Of a DNA stretch of 64,000 nt, positions 54,557-64,000 are shown piece after piece. The notes under the pieces are model-generated. The model was not told the DNA's origin. It did not search any database and worked only from the letters and a program-made list of their open reading frames with translations. Each line of letters starts with the position of its first letter. Position 1 is the stretch's first letter. The DNA comes from Eledone cirrhosa (taxonomy: Eukaryota): assembly GCA_964016885.1 (NCBI GenBank), contig OZ024741.1:169260001-169324000 (forward strand), given 5' to 3'. A program made the translations under genes and the position numbers.

Positions 54557-55497
54557 TCATCATCATCATCATCATCATTTTTACGTTTGCTTTTCCATGC
54601 TTGCATGGGTTTGATGGATCCTTCTCAACATGGTATCTCTCCACTTGTTGCCTTCCTTTGTCATCTCCTCTGCCAGTCTTAACGATTTGAGGTCTACTCT
54701 CATAACCTCTGCCCAGGTCTTTCTTGGTCATCCTCTATAGGAGCTTCCTGCCACTGAGATTTCCAGGCATTTCTTCACCCATCGGTCATTGTCAATGCAC
54801 ATCACATGTCCATACCAACGCAGTCTTCTCTCCTGCACACCATCTCAGATTTTCCTTAAGCCCAGCTTTTCTCTCAGCTTGTCCAAACTCTGCCTTTCTC
54901 TTGCATTTACATTGCACATCCGATGAAACATGGTTGCTTCATTTCTCTCCAGTCTAAGCATTTTCTCTACAGTCACAGCCCATGTTTCACTAACATGCAG
55001 CATCGTACACTGCACATATGTGTCATACAGCCTTCCTTTTGTACATAGGGAGAAACTTTTTGTTGTCAGCTATGAGAGCATTTCTCTAAACTTCTTCCAT
55101 CCTATCTTTATTCTAGCTATTATACTTTCAGCACACCCTCCTGCTAAATAGGTCACCTAGATAGTAGAAGCTATCAACCATATCTATAGATCCTTCCTGT
55201 GACTGGAAAAGGTTTTTATCATTAGCACTCTTTCTCTCAATTTCTCCTGTGCATCTTCTACATACAAAGTTCTCCCTTACTGTTAATCTACTTGTTATCC
55301 CACAAAATCTTTTGTGTACCCAAGATTTATATTCTGTACATTGTATGGAGTTTATACCTACTCCTCATCTGCATATTGAGCATAGCCACTTCCCTGGGGG
55401 AATCTGGGTCCTGTCGTATTTCACCAGCACTTTAGTTTTGGATAAATTTACTCTCAGATCTTTTGATTCTAAATTCAGTTTCCATAATCGGAATTTA
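54555..55497 (-). mobile_element. Decayed 5'-truncated RTE LINE
   Basis: Homologous to 25210-26030 (VDSFYYLGD, GWKKFRE, RRLRWYGHV); CAT tail on the plus strand. Confidence 0.85.
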
Positions 55498-55642
55498 TAT
55501 ATAGTTATGTAATAAACAACATAAGATAATTATTTCATTTACCAGTGGTTTCTTAAAAGCAAACAAATCTGCTTTCAGTCATCAGAATGAAAAAATCCTG
55601 GTGTTTTTATTGAATGTGGATTTGAAAACAAAAATATAAGGA

Positions 55643-55713
<71 letters not shown>

Positions 55714-55754
55714 CTTAACCATTTAACATGTCAGAGTATGTCATGTATCATTTT

Positions 55755-55820
55755 ATTTTATCTGATGAGGACGTACTGTTGAACTTGATTTAACTACCTC
55801 TGAAATATGTATAATAAAAT
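55755..55820 (+). ncRNA. Type-I hammerhead ribozyme in a short (TA)n-flanked element (~55710-55865)
   Basis: ATTTTAT-CTGATGA-GGACGTA..GTTGAA..TTTAAC-TACCTCT-GAAA-TATGTA-TA-ATAAAAT. Confidence 0.75.
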
Positions 55821-55864
55821 TTTATTGATCACAGGAACATCTATTTTGTTAATATTTGAATTTA

Positions 55865-55956
<92 letters not shown>

Positions 55957-56019
55957 AGGGAAGTAAGGTTCTATACAAAACAGTGCTTATAGAGAAAAGG
56001 TGAGATTGGAAATAGCACA

Positions 56020-58030
56020 GAAAATATATTTAAGGGTCTTTTTTTCCTTTTTCCCTCAAAATTGATGGCATTGTATCTATAGTAGAAATCATTATTATTA
56101 TTTGTTTACCACTGTTATTAATAACCTCGGTATCTTTATGCTTAATCACATTACTTTTACTTACAATTTTCTATACATGGTGCCAAGAAAATATTCGGCA
56201 AATATAAAAACAAAATTAGCCTCTTGATATTTTTATAGCAAGAAATTTGTTCTTCCTGTTTCACTTAATGATGTAAATACATTTTCTTTATTCCCTTTGC
56301 GCGCATTTCGCCGTATCTCAAGAGAACTTTTTCAGGTGTTACCGTCATGTCTTTTAAAAGGCAATATTTGGTAGTAATTTTTTCGAAATATTTAGATTTG
56401 TGTCTAAGGATTGATATTTTTCAATTTAAGAAGATCCTGCTTTAGTGTTTGCTTAAACTTTTAATCTATGCCAATGATATTTATTTATTTATTTATTCAT
56501 TTATTTATGTTCATATGCGGAACAAAAGCACTACCTACGGTTTCAAAGCCCAATATTGACCATATCTCCAGAATGTAAGAGGGATCAAAATTGTGACCTA
56601 ATCTTCAGGTGCTTATACGAGTTTATAAGATACTGTTAAATGTAATGCATGCTAAAAACGCTAGTTTACGAAAAACGTATTTTAACAAAGGAAAATAACT
56701 CCAAGATGTAAATTTGAAATAGCGAAATCGTACCGGTGTAGTGTTCGTGGATTATAGCAGCTGTATGGTATTATATGAAGGTATTAAATATATAGATTGT
56801 AATCTTTATTAATGTATGAAGTGGATTTGTATAGAAGGTGTATTGTATTATGTAAGTGTGGAAAACGAAAGAGGAAGAAGATATATTACGATAAAGGTAT
56901 ATAAATCAAATTAAGGTGGTTGAAGATCAGTCGAATTTGTTGAGTATCTCCAGCAGTTGGCTTTTGAGATAGAGGCATCCTCTAAAAATTTCGCTCTTTG
57001 AGTTCAAAAAATAATTGTTCGGAGATGACAAATTTTGTAATATTCTAAATTTCTCACTAAGACAGAGATGACATCTTTTAGTACCGTCAGTGTAAGGACT
57101 GGAGCTTTCAAGTATCTTCCAAGTAATCTTATGTTGGATTCCTTTTTCCTTTAATTGCCAGAATTTTTTTTTTTTTTTTGCCAGGGTTGTACAAGTTCTC
57201 ATTTCAGAATTACTGAAGTGGTGTAGATGTGAGTAAAAACAATCTTGCACTATACCGACGTATCTTTCACTAACTTCAAAATTGTTCTGCGTAATCCCTG
57301 CCTCATACACAACGAATTTGGTATTACATTTCGGTTGGAGAGGGAAGTTCACTTTGATCCTACAAGAGCAGCTTGGATTTGCGTCGGGTATATTCTTTGC
57401 TGTAATTTTTGATCTCATAGACATGAATAGGATATCTTGACGGAATTGTGATTGAATATTGCATCTATGTTGTGGTAGGAAATATCTATCTATTAAATCT
57501 AAAACTTCTTACCTACATTAGTCTTTACTTTAAGAGCATAGAGGGTGTGTGAACCAGATAATTCTTCTTTTTCTGTTAGAATATTTAGTATGGTACGGTT
57601 GGGAACGATTGAGTATGTACTTAAAACCACTATTTAGGAGGGATTGGTTGTAGTAAAGCACAGCCTTATGGAAAATCTTCCTAGTTGCTGGTAGATTTGA
57701 GATTCTACGACTAATATTAGAAACTAAGTTTTTTTTTAACAGCAGTGGAGTGGCATGAGTCTTTATTTATATATTTCAATTTTCGTTTGGCTTATGGAAT
57801 GGTTTGTATGAAGCTCCGGTTAGGTCTAATTTTACATCAAGGAAATTTGAATTAGTAAAATTCGTATCAACCAAAATTTTAAGTCCTAGTACACGAAAGG
57901 TATCAATTAAATTTTTACGGAATCTGTCCGAAGTCTGTCTGTTACAATCTTGTGAAAATGAAACACCATCGTCATGGTATAGACCAAAGGAGTGGTTGGG
58001 GAATTTAGACTTAAGGGTTAAACATGTCAT
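56020..58030 (-). mobile_element. 5'-truncated, decayed Penelope-like retroelement (RT, GIY-YIG endonuclease, pLTR region)
   Basis: GLYHDDG...NFLDVKLDL...YKPFHKPN (57776-58030), KRRIIWF linker, CSCR..PL..KC..VVY..A...YVG...WKIL...CHLCLSEK (56927-57424). The left boundary is approximate. Confidence 0.92.
56526..56614 (-). ncRNA. Type-I hammerhead ribozyme downstream of the Penelope ORF
   Basis: Minus strand AAGCAC-CTGAAGA-long stem II-GAAA-CCGTAGG-TA-GTGCTT. A second decayed motif lies at ~56290-56340. Confidence 0.75.
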
Positions 58031-58678
58031 CACATATACGATCCCGCACTCTACCAAATGTATCTTATTATGGCACCAACACAAGGAAAGTTGTCATGTC
58101 TTTGGCATAACTAAAACGTCTTCCTAACACTATGTTTGGCAAGTTTTCTATACACACACAAATTTGCTGATTATAGTATCATTTACATACAAACATACAT
58201 ACATAGATACACAGTTTTCTACAGCTGGATGCACTTCCCATCCATTAACCACTCTACCTAGTGTACTGGGGTGTTTACCATGTAGCTCCCCAACTCTAGA
58301 GAGGTTGTCATGCTCTGACACAACTAAAGATTTTTTTCAATCCTTTGAAGTCCTCTCAACACTTTAGAGCTCCATCGACCCTTATATATATATGTATATA
58401 AACTTTAATCTGTTATTTTAATAAATATATATATATATACACAAAGTAAAACATTTCGTTTTAATCATTTTCTAACCCAGAAAAAAGAGAGAGAGAAACA
58501 AAAAAGGAAAAAAAATATTTGTCTTCCTAATAATCGTCTCTTTCTCCCTGTTTTCATATATATATATATATATACAAACATTTATATAAACATTCTTACA
58601 TTCTTACATACATATATACATATGTGTGCATGCACACACACATACACATACATAGATACATACATATATATATATATA

Positions 58679-61236
58679 CAGTCGGTCCTCGATATACGGT
58701 GGTTCTTTATCCGGTAAATTCACAGATACGATTTTGGGTAATTACTACCATAAAATAAAGTACCAGTAATGCACTGGGTAATTGCTGGCCTTGTGCCTAA
58801 CGTAGAAACAATTAATACCATCAATTCTATTTACGGTAAAAAAATTCACAGATACGGTTTTTAGTCGTGTTTTGTTTATACTGTACCGTAGCGCCACCTG
58901 TAGTGAGCAATAAATTCCCCCTTGAATTCGTGGAAACTGACTGCTATTCGAATTCTAGGAAAATTGTGTTACTACTGCTCTCGTACTAACTGGCCTTACC
59001 GAGAAACTGGACAATCACGAGCGATTTCAGATATCAGTCGATGACGTCATAACTCTTAACTGATCACTTCAGTTCGGCAAACTAGCGTGTTGAGAATTTT
59101 TGCCGAACTGAAGTGATCAGTTAAGAGTTATGACGTCATTCAAAGTAAGGGAAAATCCGACAGCGTGTTTTGGGAGCATAATTATCACGGCATATCTTAT
59201 AACCCCATATCTCATGGCTCCAAAACATCATGCGAATATTGCTGATGCAGATGGAAAGGCCAAACGCATGAGGAAGAATCTGACTTTGGAGATAAAGCTG
59301 GACATTTTGAAAAGGAAGGAACAGGGGCAAGGTACATCCGCCATAAGTCGTAAGTTAGGCCTAGCCCAGTCTACAGTCTGGACTGTTTTAAAAATTAGTG
59401 AGGCTGTCAAAAAAGCTAGGGAGATGTTACGAGTCTACAGAGTAAATTGTTGACCAAACATCGTGAGCCGATTATGGATAGGATGGAAAGGTTGCTCAAA
59501 ATTTGGATCAACGACCAAAATCGTCAAAATATGCCTCTGTAATCAGTGAGAAAGCATTGTCCATTATTGACAGGCTCAAGACTTAAATGGGGGCGGAGGA
59601 CTTTGTATTCAAGGCAAGCAAAGGCTGGTTTGATAAGTTCAAACGACGTTCGAGTCTTCACAACATAAAAGTTACAGGTGAGGCTGCCAGTTCCGACAAA
59701 GAGAGTGCTGAAAAATTCAAAGCAGAGTTAGAGAAATGCATTGCAGAGAAGGGGTACAGCAAAAAACAGGTTATTAATTATGATGAAACAGGACTTTATT
59801 GGAAAGAGATGACCAGTAATACTTATATTGACAAGGGGGAGAAAAGTGCGAAGGGGTTCAAAGCCTCAAAGGACTGCGTTACTCTGTTACTTGGAAGGAA
59901 TGCAGAAGGAGATTTACAGCTAAAGCCACTCATTATCTACCATTCTGAAACTCCAAGAGGACTCAAGGGGTTACTTAAACAATACCTACCAGTGATATGG
60001 AAGTCTAATAAGATGGCATGGCTGATCACTTCAATTCACCAAGATTTTTTCACCTCATATCTGTCACCAACCCCTAAGGAATATGCATTAGCTAACAACA
60101 TTGCCAACCGTTTTCTGCTATTAGTGGACAACCCCCCCCCCCCCAGCCACCCACGAGCAATGGAAGGCTGGTCAGAAAATATTGAGGTTTTGTTTCTTCC
60201 CCCAAACACCACAGCTCTCATTCAGCCGATGAATCAAACAGTCATCAAAACATTTAAGGCATACTACCAGCGGAGAACCATGCAGCAGCTGATAAAGGGC
60301 ACAGATGGGCCGGACAAGCCCACGATCAGGGAATGGTGGAAATTGTACAACATCAAGCACGGCTTAGACAACATCAAGGCATCTTGGGAAGAAGTGAAGC
60401 AGTCTACATGAACTTGGCCTGGAAGAAATTATGGCCAGCATGTGTGAATAACTTCCAAGGCTTTGCTGAGGACATTGATGCGATAAAAAAAGATATTGTA
60501 AATCTCTGCCATTGAGCTGGCTTCGATGGTGTTAATGATGATGATGTGCAAGACCTTTTGGAAAGCCATGCTGAACCACTCTCCAATGATGAACTCATAG
60601 AACTAGACCAGGCGATACAGGAGACAGAAAAAGAAGAGGAGGAAGAAGAACCTGTGCGTGGCTTGGACATAAAAACTCTAAGAGAATGTCTCGGGAGTAA
60701 CGAAACAATATTAGAAACCCTGAAGGAGCGTGACCCCAGCCCTGCTAGGAACAGCAAAGTGGCTCAAGACGTCGAGAAAAGCGTCAAGATTTACCAAGAA
60801 ATGTATGAAGCCAAAAGAAACACCGCCAAACAGTCCTCCATCTATTCTTTCTTCAAGCCAGTCACACCTGCCAACCGTGCTACAGCTGGCCCTTCAACAT
60901 CCGCTGCAGTCAACGAGTTTGTTGGTTTTGAGCCTCCCACATCACTCTCATTCTCCCCTGCCAACTCAGCCCAAGATGAGTAAGGGCTGAAACCCATACT
61001 GTCCCTTAGCCTTGGGAGGGACAAATGAAGAGGCACATCATCTGATAGACTACGCGGCATGTGTAAGGTACAGTAAATAAAAAAAAAACATTATTTCTTT
61101 TCTGTAGGGATGACTTTTTCGATGTGCTGGAACGCATCCCTATCTATTTCATGTTATACTGGGTTCTTTATACGGTAATTCGATATACGGTAAGGGTTTC
61201 AGGAACGCATATATACCATATATCGAGGACTCACTG
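58679..61236 (+). mobile_element. Full-length Tigger/pogo-family DNA transposon
   Basis: TIRs CAGTCGGTCCTCGATATACGGT / ACCATATATCGAGGACTCACTG with TA on both sides. Short SINE A insertion at ~58754-58811. Confidence 0.95.
59214..60983 (+). pseudogene. Disrupted Tigger/pogo transposase
   Basis: HTH (RKNLTLEIKLDIL...STVWTVLK), CENP-B HTH (FKASKGWFDKFKRR), DDE-like NYDETGLYW, LLLVDN, IQPMNQ and an acidic C-terminus. Split by frameshifts and stops. Confidence 0.93.
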
Positions 61237-63331
61237 TATATATATATGTGTGTGTGTGATATCATAATAAGTGAATTCATTTTATTAAGTGTAATCAGCT
61301 AGCTCAGTTGATAAAACTAGTGATTACGCATCATTGAAACTGACGGAGATCCACTATCAGAATTTTCTTGATTACCAAATTGTTAGAAAATGTCTTTGAC
61401 TATTAGTAAGCAGCATAGTGGTAATACTTTTTTTCTTTAAACATTTTATTAATTTGCTAAACTTTATATGGTACGATTCTCATGAGCTTCACATTTCAGC
61501 TTTTTTTTTTCATCCTACTAAAATTTCAATCTACTTTAAATTAATTGATAAGTTTCTTAATTTTACTTTTAGGAATTTTAATAATAGAATATGATACATT
61601 AAGATGAAGAAAAGAAAGTTGAATGGGGGAAAACTAACTAACTATATATCATGAAAGAAAGTTCATCTTTATCTCTATATGTGGCAACAAACTCCATCAT
61701 TTCGTATTTTTACATAAGGATACTTTGACACTTTTAAAAGCATTCAATTATTTTTCAATCAATTTGTCTAGCTAGCCATGTTTTGCATGCGAGTGAGTGA
61801 ACCCAAGTGTGTGTATATGTGAGAGCAAGAGTGTTTGTGTGCAAGAAAGAGAGAGAGATGGCATGTTTGCATAGGTGTATGCATGTGTGAAAAGAGCAAG
61901 CATGTATGTGTGACAGATGACAAGCATATGTGTGTGAGTGTGAGTATGACAAACAGTGAGCATGTGTGTGTATATGTGTGTCCGAGACAAAGTGTGTGCA
62001 TATGTATGAGAGACAGAGAATGTTTGTGTATGAATGTGTATGTGAATGTGTTTGTGTGTTGGTGTTGTTTGTATTTCAGTTAGATATTCCATGCAGCAGC
62101 ATTGAAAAATGGAAGTGTTTGTGCCACAATAAAATGCACCCAACCCATATTGTAAAGTGGTAATGGAAGTGCCATGATAAAATACACCCATTATCCACTG
62201 TGAATTGGTTAGCATTGGAAAGGGCATCTAGCTCTAAAAACAATGCCAAAAGTAAAACATAGGAGGAAGATGCAGTCATCTGACCTGTCTGGTCTCAGAA
62301 TATGACAGCTCATCTAACCCATGCAAACATGGAAAATAAACATAAAATGGTGATGATGATGAAACAATATTTGAGTAATATACCAGTATCAGGTTATGTT
62401 CAGTTAATATAGCAATTAATGTTGACTGTTATCTGATCAACAAGTTAAGGACATTGAGTTGATTGGATGTAATAACGTATGAAGTTGGATTTGTAAAGTA
62501 TGTTGATTAATTGTGGTAAGGAAATAAGAATTCTGAAGCTAAAGGTAAAGTTGTACTTGTTAAATATGAAATGCAAAATATCATTAGCTGTCTGGCGGGC
62601 ATGATACCTGGAAAGAGAAAGTGAGGATGCTTCATAGTGAGACCAAATCCCAAAGTGGTCTCAATGTCAATCACGAACAGAACTCAGTGCAATGACAATG
62701 ATCAGGAATAAATGGACGAAATATGTTCATGACATTTCCTACTTTACTGTAAGTAGAAGAAATAATGATTTTAAAAATCCCAATATAGTTATTGTTGGTC
62801 AATCCTGATCAAGAAAACCTATGGATCCAACATGGTTGAATAGTCTTTTTCTTAAGACCTTTCTCAAACTTTAGTGTCTAGCATAATTTCAAGAAGGTCA
62901 CACAACTGCATTGAGGCTCTTTATGTTGACTCACCACATTTTAGTTGAGAGTTGAAGAGATGAAAGAGTGCTTTGCATGGAAACATTGCTGGATGTTACC
63001 ATTCTGTTTAGGTGTGCTTAAGCACAGAGCACCATTGGCATTGGGGCATCATCCTGCCCAAAATATTTTTTATGAGTAAGGGGCCTCATTTGTCCTAAAT
63101 CCAGCACTGCATGGAGATTTCATTTTTGTATTTGTTTTGCCAGATTCTTAACACTTAACATCTTGTAATGATTTAGTAGAAAATATGTTAAAATTGTTTT
63201 GTTAATCCATAGTATCTTTACTTGTTCATAGTATCTTTACTAGTGGATAGATCATTGTGAAAATTTGTAGGAATTGACTAAATGTTTCAAGGGATTCACA
63301 GCCTCACCCTCAGAATAAAAATGATAATAAT

Positions 63332-63508
63332 AATTGTTTCTACTTTTGGCACAAGGCAGCAATTATCCCAGTGCATTACTGGTACTTTATTTTATCAACC
63401 CCGTAAGGATGAAAGGCAAAATTAACCTCAGTGGGATTTGAACTCAGACCGTAAAGGGACATAACTCTATGGCATCCAATTCTCTACCGATACTGTCAAT
63501 TCACCACC
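63332..63508 (-). mobile_element. SINE family A
   Basis: Reverse complement of the family A consensus with an internal deletion. Confidence 0.85.
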
Positions 63509-64000
63509 AATGATGGTAACAATGGTATGTTGTTCCTGCAATTTGCACTAAATCCCAAAATGTCATAACAGTGCTGGTAATATTTTCAATGTCAGATTTT
63601 AATATGAAAATTCCTTAATAAAAAAATTAACTTGAACACAGATATGTGTACATTAGTGTATGTATCTGCATGAGTTAGTGTGTGTGTGTGTGTGTGGTTG
63701 TATATCCGTGTGTATAAATGTATGTCTATGGTTGTGTATGTGTGGAGGGTGTGCGTCTGTGTTTATGGTTGTGTATGTGTTTACCTTTGTAGATATGTGT
63801 ATGATTGTATATAAGTATGATTAGGTGTACGTATATATATCTAAATGTGTGCCTGTGCATGCCTGCATGTGTATGTGTGCTTATCTGTATGTTTGAGTAT
63901 GTGTGTGTGTGTGTAACTGTACATGCAGGATTGTATACGTCTCCAATCATTTTATTAAAGAGCAAAAATGTACTTACAACATTACATTCTAAAATCCATT

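Noticed and set aside
59587-60411. Domesticated TIGD/CENP-B-like host gene
   Set aside because: Intact TIRs with TA flanks and several frameshifts and stops indicate a dead transposon copy.

Overview
AT-rich, microsatellite-dense eukaryotic DNA, very likely an octopus (coleoid cephalopod) genome. The only host coding sequence I can support is the terminal exon (430-710, TM7 plus C-tail) of an oxytocin/vasopressin-family GPCR that matches my recollection of the octopressin receptor. The other ~63 kb is intergenic. It holds tRNA-derived SINEs of at least two families, RTE and Tx1/L1 LINE fragments, Helitrons, mariner and Tigger/pogo relics, hAT and piggyBac-type MITEs, three minisatellite arrays (81, 124 and 48 bp units) and a decayed Penelope-like element (RT plus GIY-YIG). 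The most notable signal is a set of about a dozen type-I hammerhead-ribozyme motifs, some intact and some decayed. They sit in short, (TA)n-embedded, mostly fold-back or direct-repeat non-autonomous elements of Penelope/retrozyme type. The fold-back junctions repeatedly fall in the ribozyme itself, and one family carries a fixed CAGAAGA (U4A) core variant. Almost all supplied ORFs are microsatellite or transposon artefacts. All alignments and pairings were done by eye, and repeat boundaries are approximate unless TIR/TSD sequences are quoted.
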